NCBI GenBank assembly: GCA_029932605.1
Contig: JAOZPT010000002.1
Span: 35,739 to 99,738 of the forward strand
DNA length: 64,000 bases
Origin: Candidatus Zixiibacteriota bacterium
GTDB taxonomy: Bacteria > Zixibacteria > MSB-5A5 > UBA10806 > 4484-95
Direction: 5' to 3'
The notes under the pieces were generated by a model. That model did no database searches, was not told the DNA's origin, and saw only the letters and a program-made list of their open reading frames with translations. The position numbers and the translations under genes are program-made. This document shows, piece after piece, positions 10,414 to 21,013 of this stretch. Positions within the stretch are counted from its first letter, which is position 1; each line of letters opens with the position of its first letter.

Positions 10414-11493
10414 TTATCCTCCAATATGTTCATTCAAAAACGATGCCGAGCCCTCTGCCCTGAAAGCCCTTATGAAATCACACGCTGTCCGGTAAGACTC
10501 ATCTATTATAGATTTAACGTTTTCGGATGGAATATCATCTATCTCTTTCTTAAAAGGTTTTGTTGCCATTTTAATATTTTTACCTTCAGTCTTCGCCCAT
10601 TGTTTCATGCGAGACATCAAATCTGCGGGTAAATGTTTATGGGCGATATTTTGCCAGTGGGTGCCGACATTCCCCTTGCGAATACCATATTCAGCAAATT
10701 TCCCAACTATGTTTAAAGGTGTACCGGTAATGCCATGTTGAGCGATACGGATATCATGTTTTTTAATTGCCTGATAGATCTCACCGGTTCGGTTTAAATC
10801 GATATTTATTTTCTCTCCCTCAAGGTAATTACCGTGCTTGGAACCGTTGTTAATAGCCAGAAGATTAGGATGTATCCCGTTGTCAAGCAAAGCCGAGATA
10901 AAAGATGTCGCCTCTTCCACCGTGGTGATTTCAGCTGTTTGTCCAGCCGATTTGATCTCGCCAACCTCAACCTCAAGACCCCATCCTGCCTCAACTATGG
11001 GTTTGGCAAGCATGGAAGTTATATGAACATTATCGTCATGTTCATTGAACGAAGCGTCAATAGCAAATGAAGTATAACCCGCTTTAAGCTCCTCTGCAAC
11101 CAAAACCTTACCCGCTTCTATCTCGTCGTTGCTCGTGTTCTTGACGGTAATATGGTCACCATGTATGTAAAATGGCATCTCAAAACCGGTTTGTTCAGCA
11201 TAATCAATCAATGTTTCAAAGAAGATACGCGGTGTCATACCTGTGTAACCACCATCGATATTCCCCTCGCTTTTAGCAAGCTCGAAACCAACGATTGCAT
11301 CCAACTCCTGAGCCGCCTTCATAATGCCGGGAATTGCATGTTTAATACGAGTATTGCAGGCCATCATTATCATTTGATGGTCGCGGACCGTATGAAAAAT
11401 ATCCCGTCCATTCAAAAGACAAACTTTACTTTTAGCCCCCAGTTTAGCCTTGATAGAATCAGGCCTTCTTTCAAGTAATTTAAGATAAGCCAT
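10414..11493 (-). CDS. fba: Class II fructose/ketose-bisphosphate aldolase family protein
   Basis: Seen in sequence: 359 aa with YIHGDH, AIDASF and AINNGSKHG segments that resemble the divalent-metal-binding regions of class II aldolases. This is an inference from remembered family motifs. Confidence 0.55.
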   Translation of the reverse strand: MAYLKLLERRPDSIKAKLGAKSKVCLLNGRDIFHTVRDHQMIMMACNTRIKHAIPGIMKAAQELDAIVGFELAKSEGNIDGGYTGMTPRIFFETLIDYAEQTGFEMPFYIHGDHITVKNTSNDEIEAGKVLVAEELKAGYTSFAIDASFNEHDDNVHITSMLAKPIVEAGWGLEVEVGEIKSAGQTAEITTVEEATSFISALLDNGIHPNLLAINNGSKHGNYLEGEKINIDLNRTGEIYQAIKKHDIRIAQHGITGTPLNIVGKFAEYGIRKGNVGTHWQNIAHKHLPADLMSRMKQWAKTEGKNIKMATKPFKKEIDDIPSENVKSIIDESYRTACDFIRAFRAEGSASFLNEHIGG

Positions 11494-11538
11494 ATCTAAC
11501 TCCTTTTAACTTTTCAATAATTGCCATAGTTCCAACAT

Positions 11539-12216
11539 CTATTTGAACATCCAGGTGATGATAGCGGCTAAAGGTAATGCCAGAATCAAATTGCCAACTT
11601 TTATTTTGGACAAGCCAAGGAGGTTAATAGCTATGCCAAGAATCATTACTCCACCGGTAGCTGATATCTCGGTCACTATTGCATCGCTTAAAGCTGTTTG
11701 AAAATACTTTGCCATAAATGTCAACGCTCCCTGGTAAACAAAAACAACCAATGCTGAAAAAATTACACCTGGACCCAATGTCGCCGATAGCGCCATCGAG
11801 GAAAAACCATCCATTACCGATTTAATATATATAAGTTCCCCCCTATTGTAAAGACCATCCTCAAACGAACCAACGATCGTCATAGGACCAACACAAAAAA
11901 GTAATAAGGCGGTGATAAAACCCAAAACAAAATCCTGCCTTGATGAACCAACCCTTTTTTTGAGACTCTCTCCAACTTTTTCTAATTTCTCCTCAATTTC
12001 CAACCACTGGCCTATAATACCGCCTATTACCAATGATACCACAACAATCAAAGCGTTTTCCGTCTTTATAGCCATCTTAACACCTATTAAAACCGTAACC
12101 AACCCCAGAGAGATTAGAATTATGCGCTTGTATTTCTCTTTAAGTTTAGTGCCAGCTAAAAGCCCTATTGAAGAGCCAACCAGGACGGTGCTTGTATTTA
12201 CCAAAAACCCAATCAT
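11539..12216 (-). CDS. DUF554 family membrane protein (YqgA-like)
   Basis: Seen in sequence: 225 aa, polytopic and hydrophobic, with the general layout of DUF554 proteins (MIGxLVNTxxVLxGSxIG...). Inference. Confidence 0.55.
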   Translation of the reverse strand: MIGFLVNTSTVLVGSSIGLLAGTKLKEKYKRIILISLGLVTVLIGVKMAIKTENALIVVVSLVIGGIIGQWLEIEEKLEKVGESLKKRVGSSRQDFVLGFITALLLFCVGPMTIVGSFEDGLYNRGELIYIKSVMDGFSSMALSATLGPGVIFSALVVFVYQGALTFMAKYFQTALSDAIVTEISATGGVMILGIAINLLGLSKIKVGNLILALPLAAIITWMFK

Positions 12217-12337
12217 AGTAAGATAGATTGTTATATAATATTAGGGTAGTTTATTGGCAAGGTAAAAGATTTAACCGGGTTGCCGGGAACCTCTTCCCAA
12301 GTAAACAGAACCCTGTCAGGAATGGGTACATACGGTA

Positions 12338-12520
12338 CTACAGGTTATTTTTTTTATTCTTTTTACCCTTATCATCCACTACCCAGCCCTCGCCAACAGC
12401 ATCCTTCAAATTTCTCTTCTTTGCACTGTGTCGAGGCTTCTTGCCAATTTCACGTAATAGTGATAATGATAATCTGAATAGTAGAAGCACTGCGATTATG
12501 ATTAAGATTATTCGTAGCAA
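12338..12520 (-). CDS. Candidate small membrane protein (60 aa, TTG start): one TM helix followed by a Lys-rich tail
   Basis: Seen in sequence: TTG start with GGAG 6 nt upstream (complement of 12527-12530). An N-terminal hydrophobic helix (LRIILIIIAVLLLF) is followed by a basic, charged C-terminus. No homology support. Confidence 0.3.
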   Translation of the reverse strand: MLRIILIIIAVLLLFRLSLSLLREIGKKPRHSAKKRNLKDAVGEGWVVDDKGKKNKKNNL

Positions 12521-12544
12521 TTATTTCTCCTTATATAGTACGTA

Positions 12545-12603
12545 CCGTCAGGTCGCCCGACCTGACGGCTTGTTTGTTAAAGTGGTCGGACGAGGTAAAC
12601 CGA
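12545..12603. repeat. Two GC-rich hairpins. A perfect 11-bp palindrome ccgtcaggtcg-cc-cgacctgacgg (12545-12568) and a 5-bp stem gtcgg...ccgac (12584-12603)
   Basis: Seen in sequence: the perfect inverted repeat lies between the stop of the 172-aa gene and the SD of the small TTG ORF. No U-tract follows on the minus strand, so it is not a canonical intrinsic terminator. Confidence 0.5.
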
Positions 12604-12649
12604 CAGCATGTTTATCTAGGGTATCTTGTCCAATGCTTCGCTATATACT

Positions 12650-13168
12650 TTAATTACTATATGTCCCATCGACTATTTCAAAATCCCTAATTTTTAGTTC
12701 CTCCAAACTAGTTAAATCAAACCATTTTTTTCTTTCTTCTGAAACGTGTTCCACAAACATTCTAAATTTTCTAATCAGTTCCTCCAACATTTGGGAGAAT
12801 TCCCATTGTTTCAAGGCTTCTATCCTTTTATAGGTGATGTGCGCCAGGTACTTGTTTACATCATTGTGCTCTTCTATTAAGTATCTTGTTTTTTTACCTC
12901 TTTTTTCTTCCCAGCGTTTAACGTCATTAACGTAATCGATCGATAATATATCATCATCTTTATTTTTTGAAGACTTATAGAGGAAATCTATGAGGTTACG
13001 CCAATGAATAAGAAATGACTCTATGAAAATATTTTTCAGATAAATATCGTCTTTTGCTTTAAATATCATTCTAAATGCATAATGGAGATGCCTAATTTCA
13101 TATTGTAAGGTTTTCACCCCTTCTCTCAACTTCTCATCGTTACCTTTTAAGATAACTCGCTTTTTCAT
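12650..13168 (-). CDS. Hypothetical protein, low GC, predicted all-alpha. Possible HEPN-like R-x5-H motif (RYLIEEH)
   Basis: Seen in sequence: 172 aa, K/E-rich, local GC clearly below the neighbours. No recognisable catalytic family. The HEPN suggestion is an inference from a single RYLIEEH match. Confidence 0.5.
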   Translation of the reverse strand: MKKRVILKGNDEKLREGVKTLQYEIRHLHYAFRMIFKAKDDIYLKNIFIESFLIHWRNLIDFLYKSSKNKDDDILSIDYVNDVKRWEEKRGKKTRYLIEEHNDVNKYLAHITYKRIEALKQWEFSQMLEELIRKFRMFVEHVSEERKKWFDLTSLEELKIRDFEIVDGTYSN

Positions 13169-13174
13169 CTCATC

Positions 13175-14725
13175 CTACTCCCACTCAATCGTCGCTGGTG
13201 GTTTAGATGATATATCATACACCACCCGGTTGATGCCTTTGACCTCGTTGATTATGCGATTGGAAACCAAGGCTAAAAAATCCTCGGGCAGCCGTGCCCA
13301 GTCAGCGGTCATGGCATCGGTGGAGGTTACCGCACGCAAGGTTACTACATTTTCATAGGTTCGTTCATCGCCCATTACACCCACGCTCTTAACCGGCAGA
13401 AGAACACAGAACGCCTGCCAGGTTTTGTTGTAAAGTTTGTGTCGATATAGTTCCTTAATGAATATATCATCAGCCTGTCGCAGAAGGTCTAATCTCTTTG
13501 GCGTAACTGCTCCGATAATTCTAACTGCCAGCCCCGGTCCGGGGAATGGATGGCGCATGGTAAGACTTTTAGGAAGACCAAGTTTAGCTCCAACCATCCG
13601 AACCTCGTCTTTAAAAAGCTCTCGCAGAGGTTCCACAAGTTTTAGGTGCATCCGACTGGGAAGGCCACCTACGTTATGGTGGGATTTTATCGTCGCAGAC
13701 GGCCCCTTGAATGAAACCGATTCAATCAAATCCGGATAAAGCGTTCCCTGGGCTAAGTATTTAATTTTACCAAGCTTATTTGCCTCTTTGGTAAAGACCT
13801 CTATAAAGGTGCGGCCAATTATCTTTCTTTTGCGTTCCGGGTCAGCCACACCCTGCAATCGTTTTAAAAAAAGCTTGGAGGAATCAACATATCTGAGATC
13901 CAATCTCAATTTCTCAAATGAGCTGATAACCTCCTCAGGCTCATTAAGTCGCAACAGGCCATTATTGATGAAGATACAGACGAGATTTTTGCCAACGGCT
14001 TTATGCAGGAGCATAGCCGTCACCGAAGAATCGACTCCACCGGAGAGAGCACATATCACCCTGTTATTGCCAAGGTGCTCTTTCAAATCATCTATCCGGG
14101 TTTTAATGAACGATGTTGGAGTCCAGTTAGCTTTAGCACCGCATATATCAAATAAAAAATTAGCGATTATTTGACTGCCGTATTCGGTATGGGCTACCTC
14201 CGGATGAAATTGCAAGGCATAAACATTCCTCGCCTTATTTTCAATGACAGCATTGGCAAGGGTTTCGGTTGAGGCTGTGGTTTTAAAACCCGGCGGAAGT
14301 TTTATTACCGAGTCACCATGGCTCATCCAGACCTTTGATGTTTTCGGAAGGTTTTTTAAAATAGGTGAGGCTGATTTGCTACCAGCTCGAAAGCGAAGTT
14401 TAAGAACAGCCGGGCCATACTCCCTGGTTTTTGCCCTCTTGACCTTGCCACCAAGTATATCGACAAGGTGCTGTAGACCGTAGCATATACCAAGTATCGG
14501 CAAACCCGATTTCAGCCAGCCCGGATGGAGATGTGGAGCGTTTTCATCGTGTACCGACGATGGTCCACCTGAAAGGATTATGCCTTTGATAGACTTGTCC
14601 GGCTTCACAGCAGGTGGTGTATCATGTTGAACAAGTTCTGAAAAGACATTGTACTCGCGAACCCGCCTTGTTATAAGCTGTGAGTATTGTGAACCAAAAT
14701 CCAGTATTATTATTTTATCAACCAT
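13175..14725 (-). CDS. guaA: GMP synthase (glutamine-hydrolysing)
   Basis: Seen in sequence: an N-terminal class I glutamine amidotransferase ([20 protein letters not shown]), a central ATP-pyrophosphatase SGGVDSSV motif and the GuaA C-terminal dimerisation domain. 516 aa. Confidence 0.95.
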   Translation of the reverse strand: MVDKIIILDFGSQYSQLITRRVREYNVFSELVQHDTPPAVKPDKSIKGIILSGGPSSVHDENAPHLHPGWLKSGLPILGICYGLQHLVDILGGKVKRAKTREYGPAVLKLRFRAGSKSASPILKNLPKTSKVWMSHGDSVIKLPPGFKTTASTETLANAVIENKARNVYALQFHPEVAHTEYGSQIIANFLFDICGAKANWTPTSFIKTRIDDLKEHLGNNRVICALSGGVDSSVTAMLLHKAVGKNLVCIFINNGLLRLNEPEEVISSFEKLRLDLRYVDSSKLFLKRLQGVADPERKRKIIGRTFIEVFTKEANKLGKIKYLAQGTLYPDLIESVSFKGPSATIKSHHNVGGLPSRMHLKLVEPLRELFKDEVRMVGAKLGLPKSLTMRHPFPGPGLAVRIIGAVTPKRLDLLRQADDIFIKELYRHKLYNKTWQAFCVLLPVKSVGVMGDERTYENVVTLRAVTSTDAMTADWARLPEDFLALVSNRIINEVKGINRVVYDISSKPPATIEWE

Positions 14726-16338
14726 TATCCCTTTCCCGAAAAATCTCTCTGAATAATCGTGTTTTTTCTGAAATTTTCATCATCCCTCTCTGGAAAATCA
14801 ATATTATAGTGAAGCCCACGGGACTCTTTGCGAAGTAAAGCTGATTTTATCAATATCAATGCAACATCAGCGATATTACGAAGCCTCAAAACCTCTTGAC
14901 GAATAGGATTTTTCTTATAGAACTGCCTTATGTGTTTGCGCATCATCATACAACGATCGTAGGCCTTCTTCAGACGGTTTTTCGAGCGTACAATACCGAC
15001 ATAATCCCACATCAGCATACGGATCGTCTGTAAATCATGGGAAACAATAACCCACTCATGATGGTCAAATACACCGGATTCATCCCATGGAGGGAGAGCA
15101 AAGGTTTTTCTTTTTTTGAGCGAGGAGAAGTTTTTGATAGTCCATCGAGCGGCGAAATCGGCAAATGCAACGGCCTCTAAAAGAGAATTCGAGGCCAAAC
15201 GGTTTGCGCCATGCATACCGGTGCATGCTACTTCGCCAGCCGCAAGAAGATTCTTTATCGAGGTGCACCCGTTTATATCCGTAAGGACACCTCCACAGAA
15301 GTAATGGGCTGCGGGCACAACCGGTATCGGCTCTTTAACCGGATCAATACCCAGACTTCGACATTTTTTGACTATGGTTGGGAATCGCCTTTCAATAAAA
15401 GTCTTACTCCGATGAGAAATGTCTAAATAAACACATTCATTGCCAGTTTCTTTTAAAACCTCATCTATGGCTCTAGCAACAACATCACGAGGGGCAAGCT
15501 CCGCCATTGGATGATAACCCTCCATGAAACGTTCGCCATTTGATGACAGAAGTACTCCACCCTCACCGCGAAGCGCTTCCGTTATCAAAAACGGTTTATC
15601 GTCAGTTGTATAAAGCCGCGTTGGGTGAAACTGGACAAACTCGAGGTTTGCAATTTTCGCTCCGGCACGATATGCCATGGCTACACCATCGCCGGTAGCA
15701 ATATCAGGATTGGTTGTATGTTGATATACGTATCCCGCACCACCTGTAGCAAGCATAGTCAAATTGGCGTTTAACGTCTTCACCTTGTTTAGCTTGTTAT
15801 CGTAAACATAAACACCATAACAGGTCAGTTTGCTTTTGGGTATTTTCTTTCCAAGACGATATTGAGTAATGATATCAATCGCGGTATGCTCCTCGAACAA
15901 GTCGATATTTTCATAACCCGCCAGAGAATTCAAAAGCGCCATCTCAATATTACGTCCTGTATGATCTGCAGAATGGACTACACGATTATGGGAATGCCCA
16001 CCTTCCCGGCCAAGGTCGTATTTCCCACGACAATGGGAAAACTGGACACCAAGGTTAACAAGTTCCTTTATGTATTCAGGTCCTCTTTTCACAACTCTTT
16101 TTACGACCTCTTCGTCACAGAGGCCACAACCTGTTTTTAAAGTGTCTTCAATATGGTTCTTATAGCTGTCGGTTTTATCAAATACCGAAGCAATACCCCC
16201 CTGAGCATAGTTGGTCGAAGTGTCGATACGGTTCTTTTTGGTGATAATGGCTATTTTCCCCAGACGAACTGTTTTAAGAGCGTACATCAAACCTGCTATA
16301 CCAGAACCGATAACCAGGATGTCATAATTTTCGCTCAT
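14725..16338 (-). CDS. nadB: L-aspartate oxidase
   Basis: Seen in sequence: N-terminal FAD-binding motif ([13 protein letters not shown]) in a fumarate reductase/succinate dehydrogenase flavoprotein-like fold, with HYFCGGV near the C-terminal third. Size is ~537 aa. The start overlaps the guaA stop by 1 nt. Confidence 0.8.
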   Translation of the reverse strand: MSENYDILVIGSGIAGLMYALKTVRLGKIAIITKKNRIDTSTNYAQGGIASVFDKTDSYKNHIEDTLKTGCGLCDEEVVKRVVKRGPEYIKELVNLGVQFSHCRGKYDLGREGGHSHNRVVHSADHTGRNIEMALLNSLAGYENIDLFEEHTAIDIITQYRLGKKIPKSKLTCYGVYVYDNKLNKVKTLNANLTMLATGGAGYVYQHTTNPDIATGDGVAMAYRAGAKIANLEFVQFHPTRLYTTDDKPFLITEALRGEGGVLLSSNGERFMEGYHPMAELAPRDVVARAIDEVLKETGNECVYLDISHRSKTFIERRFPTIVKKCRSLGIDPVKEPIPVVPAAHYFCGGVLTDINGCTSIKNLLAAGEVACTGMHGANRLASNSLLEAVAFADFAARWTIKNFSSLKKRKTFALPPWDESGVFDHHEWVIVSHDLQTIRMLMWDYVGIVRSKNRLKKAYDRCMMMRKHIRQFYKKNPIRQEVLRLRNIADVALILIKSALLRKESRGLHYNIDFPERDDENFRKNTIIQRDFSGKG

Positions 16339-17333
16339 AATCCCAATAGCTTCTCAAAAATGGATGCATCGCTTACTTCAATTTCTAACACACTAAAATA
16401 TACATCAATATTCCCAAAATCAAAACCCCCAATTTTAACTGCATCCTTGTTTGTGGTTAAAATACAATCTGCACCGTAACACATAGCCTCTTCTTTCAGC
16501 ATATCAATATCCCTTTGAGTATAACGATGGTGGTCTTTAAAACAAATGAATTTCCGGGGCTTGATATTTACTTTTTCCAGGCTATGCTTAAATTTTACCG
16601 GAACACAAATCCCGCAGAAGGCGATAGGTTTTTTTGAAACTATATCATCAACGTTGAAAGATTCTTTTGACTTTAGATGCGTAAATCCAATTATCGAAGA
16701 CGATGACCGGAATATCTTTGCTTGAAAATTCATATTTATCATATGTTTCCCTCTTGCACTGAGGTCATCACAGGATGTGTAAATTATAATGTTGGCTCTT
16801 TTCAATGCCAGAGGTCCCTCGCGCAACAAGCCCATCGGAAGATAACCACCCGGGCCCAATGGTTTAGTCTGGTCAAGGCATACTATATCAACATCACGGT
16901 CAAGTTTGCGATGCTGGAAACCATCGTCAATGATTATCAGCTCGGCTCCGTCGATAGCAGCTTTTCGGGCAGCTTTTGTTTTGGAACCAGCTACATAAAC
17001 TCTAACATCCTTATTGTTCTGGAATATCTCTAACGGCTCATCGCCGGCATCCAGCCAGTTTGATTTATCATCCAGCTCAATAAGTCCTTTTTCAATACGT
17101 TTATAACCTTTAGCTACAACGGCGGTCTTAAATCCAGCTCTCGCCGCCAAATTGGCGATATGAATTACAATCGGTGTTTTGCCAGTACCGCCGGCTACGA
17201 TGTTCCCTACAGAAATCACCTTGCAGGGAAGTTTCACTTTGGGAGCCAGCCGCCAATAGATATCCCACAATAAAACGAATCCCCTGTAAACCAGTGAAAA
17301 TGGCCACAGAAAAAGCCGCCATCGGCCAGACAT
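16335..17333 (-). CDS. lpxK: Tetraacyldisaccharide 4'-kinase
   Basis: Seen in sequence: ISVGNIVAGGTGKTP P-loop in an LpxK-type context, 332 aa. It sits between waaA and nadB with 4-nt overlaps. Confidence 0.85.
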   Translation of the reverse strand: MSGRWRLFLWPFSLVYRGFVLLWDIYWRLAPKVKLPCKVISVGNIVAGGTGKTPIVIHIANLAARAGFKTAVVAKGYKRIEKGLIELDDKSNWLDAGDEPLEIFQNNKDVRVYVAGSKTKAARKAAIDGAELIIIDDGFQHRKLDRDVDIVCLDQTKPLGPGGYLPMGLLREGPLALKRANIIIYTSCDDLSARGKHMINMNFQAKIFRSSSSIIGFTHLKSKESFNVDDIVSKKPIAFCGICVPVKFKHSLEKVNIKPRKFICFKDHHRYTQRDIDMLKEEAMCYGADCILTTNKDAVKIGGFDFGNIDVYFSVLEIEVSDASIFEKLLGL

Positions 17334-18589
17334 TAAATTAACTCCACCAGCTTTTGGGCAATCCTTTTTGAAATCCCTGAACCAGATACAACCGTCTGCC
17401 TGGCTTTCTCACCCATAACCTCCGCAATCTTCTTGTCTGCTGAAACCTCCTTTACCAAATGTGCCAGTTCCCTGCCGTTTTTTACATAAACAGCACCACC
17501 GGACTGAACAAGAAGGTCCGCAAACACACGGCTGTTGTCCATATAAGGTCCAAAACAGACCATACATCCCGCTGAGGCTGGTTCAAGAGGGTCATGCCCT
17601 CCTAATGGCTCAAACGATCCACCTACGAATGCCAGGTCAGCAAAACGATATAGTCCCCCCAATTCACCCATGGTATCAAGAACAAGAACAGGATTTTCAA
17701 TATCACCAGCCCTTTGCAAACCGGTTCTTTTAATATAACTTATATTAAACGATTTTAAACTCTTCTCAACCAGCTTAGAGTCCTTCATATGACGGGGGGC
17801 AATAATTGTTTTAATGTTATTGATATCTCTTCTTATATCATAAATTGCTTTGATTACCTCCATTATTTCACCAGCCCGCACCGAACCCGCTATGAAAACA
17901 AATTTATCTTCTTCATTTATAAAATCCACAAGCTCTTTCGCGGATGGTTTAATATCTCGAATTAGTGCCTGGTCGAATTTGGTATTACCATGGACACCCA
18001 CACTTGAAGGTAACGCCCCGAGCTCGATAAATCTTTTGCAGTCGCTATCGGTCTGTGCCATTAATAAATCTACGCTTTGTAACACCGATGAGAAAAGAAA
18101 CTTAAAAATTTTATAGAATCGAAATGACTCTCTGGAAATTCTGCCATTAACGATGACAATTTTTACACCTTTTTTCTTCAACTGCTTTATTAAAACAGGC
18201 CATATCTCCGTTTCAACAAGCACTAAAAGCACCGGCCTGATTTTTCGTTTAACCATGTTAACCGCGAATATCGTATCTAAAGGCAAGTAATATATATCAG
18301 CTGATGGAAATAACTTTCCGGCCATTTTCTTTCCGGTTTTGGTGATGGTGGTAATGACTATCCGAATATCGGGGATTATCTCATTCAGCCTGGGAAGGAT
18401 TGTTGCGATAACTTTAAGTTCCCCCATCGAGGCTGCGTGAAACCATATCGTCTTCCTATCATCAGGCACAAAATCCCATATGCCGAGCCTTTCCTTTAAT
18501 CCATGTCCACCGATTAATGCCCGCAACACCAAGTATGGCCAGGATATCAAAAGCGCCAATAAAAAAACAATTCTATATATTAAGTACAA
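17333..18589 (-). CDS. waaA: 3-deoxy-D-manno-octulosonic acid (Kdo) transferase
   Basis: Seen in sequence: an N-terminal membrane anchor, then FHAASMGE (the conserved WaaA/KdtA motif) and a GT30 fold. 418 aa. Confidence 0.85.
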   Translation of the reverse strand: MYLIYRIVFLLALLISWPYLVLRALIGGHGLKERLGIWDFVPDDRKTIWFHAASMGELKVIATILPRLNEIIPDIRIVITTITKTGKKMAGKLFPSADIYYLPLDTIFAVNMVKRKIRPVLLVLVETEIWPVLIKQLKKKGVKIVIVNGRISRESFRFYKIFKFLFSSVLQSVDLLMAQTDSDCKRFIELGALPSSVGVHGNTKFDQALIRDIKPSAKELVDFINEEDKFVFIAGSVRAGEIMEVIKAIYDIRRDINNIKTIIAPRHMKDSKLVEKSLKSFNISYIKRTGLQRAGDIENPVLVLDTMGELGGLYRFADLAFVGGSFEPLGGHDPLEPASAGCMVCFGPYMDNSRVFADLLVQSGGAVYVKNGRELAHLVKEVSADKKIAEVMGEKARQTVVSGSGISKRIAQKLVELI

Positions 18590-19227
18590 CTTCCCACCTC
18601 GTTTAATACATCAGCTAAGATATGACTGTGACGTTTAATTTGCATTTGGCTTTTGACGTTTTCCAAAAGTATCGGTTGACCGTACTGCACAACAATCTCC
18701 GCAAAAGGTTTGGGTATTTGAAAACGGTCCCAGGATGAAAGCACCCATTTCTTCGAACTATTGCAGGATACCGGTATAATAGGCAAACCCGATCTGGAGG
18801 CTAAAAATATCACTCCGGGCTTGACAATTCCTCGGGGACCTTTGGGTCCATCAACCGTTATCGCTAAGTCTTTAGCCTTCTCATTTTTTATCATCCCGAA
18901 AAGACCGGAAACTCCCATCTTTGTCGATGAGCCTCGGATAGGGTAATAGCCCATACGCTTAACTATGCGAGCAATGATCTCACCATCGATATGAGTCGAT
19001 ATCAGAATGCCAATATTTCTATTGCGGTGAGTATAACAAAGACTGAGAATACGGTTATGCCAGAAACAGAATATTACTTTACCGTATTTTGCCCTGCACT
19101 GATTTAGCTCGGTTTTGCCCACATATCTTATTTTCCATGTTGAGCCGATAAGTTTGATAATAAACGGCCCGAGAAAACGAGCAACAAACAGTAAAAGTTT
19201 TTGCTTTAATGTGAAGCTCTTGTCCAT
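18580..19227 (-). CDS. DUF374/lysophospholipid-acyltransferase-like protein commonly linked to waaA
   Basis: Seen in sequence: 215 aa with an H-x4-D-like acyltransferase signature (FWHNR, DGEIIARIV). It overlaps waaA by 10 nt. Established knowledge: DUF374 genes frequently sit next to kdtA/waaA. Confidence 0.55.
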   Translation of the reverse strand: MDKSFTLKQKLLLFVARFLGPFIIKLIGSTWKIRYVGKTELNQCRAKYGKVIFCFWHNRILSLCYTHRNRNIGILISTHIDGEIIARIVKRMGYYPIRGSSTKMGVSGLFGMIKNEKAKDLAITVDGPKGPRGIVKPGVIFLASRSGLPIIPVSCNSSKKWVLSSWDRFQIPKPFAEIVVQYGQPILLENVKSQMQIKRHSHILADVLNEVGSCT

Positions 19228-19514
19228 TATAATAGGAAATATTAATCTACAAACCAGTCAAAGTCAATTTTAATGTAGTTACAATTAAGATATAGTGAAC
19301 CTTTAATAGTTGACCCTTTCCAGAGTTAATTAAAAACTGGCTTTTTCTGAGATAGGTGCGAGGCTGGAAAACATCGCCTATTAGGGTGGTGTTTTTGAAA
19401 ACTGTAATTTTGAGATTTTTTAGTGGAACTCCTCGTATAATTCTAACTGACTTAAAAAATTATTGACATAATTAAATATAGTGGCACAGCATTTTTGTGT
19501 TTGAAAAATAGTCA

Positions 19515-19718
19515 GTGAACTTTGTTATGATAAAAGCAAAATTACCTAAAGCCATTATTGGTAATTATTGGCTAGTTATTGTTGTATTCCTTTTTACCAC
19601 TCTATTTCAAGAAGTATCAGCTCAGTGGCAAGTTACTGGAGCTATAATCAGAGACCCTATTAGTCCTATTGACGACGAGATTATTATCCCTGACCAGTAT
19701 TGTATTACTAAACATTAG
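19515..19718 (+). CDS. Candidate small secreted protein, possibly frameshifted with the overlapping ORF 19669-19869
   Basis: Seen in sequence: GTG/ATG start, then a signal-peptide-like IIGNYWLVIVVFLFTTLFQEVSAQ. The +1 frame continues through a Cys-rich stretch (CGGFYCVWEGGC) up to the lpxB stop. No homology support. Confidence 0.25.
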   Translation: MNFVMIKAKLPKAIIGNYWLVIVVFLFTTLFQEVSAQWQVTGAIIRDPISPIDDEIIIPDQYCITKH

Positions 19719-19870
19719 TATCTTGGATGGTGGAAGATTGGGTACTCCAGTAATATTTTCAGATAATTTTGCGATTTCTCCTGATTTGTGTGGCGGATTT
19801 TATTGTGTCTGGGAAGGAGGTTGTATATTTTTACAACATGAAGTAAGAAATTTGCCTTTAATGGCCTGAT

Positions 19871-21013
19871 TTATGTTTTCGTAATATCACTTTGCATTAG
19901 CTCCACCGCCGCTACAGCCGCTTTTTTTGCTGCACCCGAATCACCCAGCTTTGATTTTATATGTGATAACTGCTCTTTAACCAGCCGGTAATATTTATCA
20001 TCCTCAAGATATTTCATGGTGATATCAGCGATATTTTCAGCGGTGCAATCATTTTGAATCAGTTCCGGCACAATCCGTTTGCCAGCCACCACATTGACCA
20101 GACCGATATCGGGAATTTTTACCAGGTTACGGGCTATACAATACGTTACAAACGAGGTCTTATAAACAACAACCATGGGCGTGCCGATTATTGCACATTC
20201 CAACGTTGCGGTGCCGGAACAGACAATATTCATCTTAGCATATGCCATAAGCTCATAATTGATACCCTCAAGAACGGTAACATTGATACCATAGCGGTCG
20301 ATTATCTCTCTATAAACCGATTCATCTAAAGCTGGAGATCTACTGATAACGCCCTTGATGTTTTTGTCTTTAATTATTTTCAAAGCCGATAGCATCTCCG
20401 GTAAAATCTTTTTGACCTCCTGCTCTCTTGAACCGGGGAATAATCCAATTAAAATATCATTATCCTCAAGGTCAGCTTTGTGGCGGAACTCTTCCTCTGT
20501 TAAAGATATCTTTACCGTATCTATAAGGGGATGACCAACCCATTTGACCGGAATGGCCGCTTTTTCGTAGATATCTTTCTCAAACTCGAAAATTGTCGCC
20601 ATCATATCGACACTATTTCTTATCTTGTTAACACGCTTTTCGCCCCAGGCCCATATCTGTGGACTGATGTAATAAAAAATTTTAACGCCGCGTTTTTTTA
20701 ATTTTGGTGCCAGGCGAAGGTTGAATCCGGGGTAATCAATAAGCACTGCCATTTTCGGTTGAAGCTCGTCCGCCAGGGAAAGGAGCTCTTTTTTAACATG
20801 ACGCAGAAACCATAAATTTCTTAACACCTCCCAAAACCCAAAAAAGGCCAGACTTTTAATATGATAAGTGAGATTGACACCAGCCTTAGCCATCATATCG
20901 CCACCAAGTCCAAAAAATCTGCAATCCGGTCGAATTTGTAAAAATTCTCGAACGAAACCAGCACCATGCATGTCGCCTGAGGCTTCACCTGCAATTATCA
21001 AAATATGGTTCAT
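19871..21013 (-). CDS. lpxB: Lipid-A-disaccharide synthase
   Basis: Seen in sequence: MNHILIIAGEASGDMHGAGFVREF, the canonical LpxB N-terminus, in a GT19 fold. 380 aa. Confidence 0.9.
   Translation of the reverse strand: MNHILIIAGEASGDMHGAGFVREFLQIRPDCRFFGLGGDMMAKAGVNLTYHIKSLAFFGFWEVLRNLWFLRHVKKELLSLADELQPKMAVLIDYPGFNLRLAPKLKKRGVKIFYYISPQIWAWGEKRVNKIRNSVDMMATIFEFEKDIYEKAAIPVKWVGHPLIDTVKISLTEEEFRHKADLEDNDILIGLFPGSREQEVKKILPEMLSALKIIKDKNIKGVISRSPALDESVYREIIDRYGINVTVLEGINYELMAYAKMNIVCSGTATLECAIIGTPMVVVYKTSFVTYCIARNLVKIPDIGLVNVVAGKRIVPELIQNDCTAENIADITMKYLEDDKYYRLVKEQLSHIKSKLGDSGAAKKAAVAAVELMQSDITKT

Noticed and set aside
12545-12568. The perfect 11-bp GC palindrome as an intrinsic terminator for the 172-aa gene
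   Set aside because: No U-tract follows it on the minus (coding) strand, so it is reported as a hairpin or repeat of unknown role instead.
19669-19869. ORF 19669-19869 as an independent gene
   Set aside because: It overlaps the preceding signal-peptide ORF in the +1 frame and ends flush against convergent lpxB. It is better read as the shifted continuation of one decayed or frameshifted small gene, or as noise.
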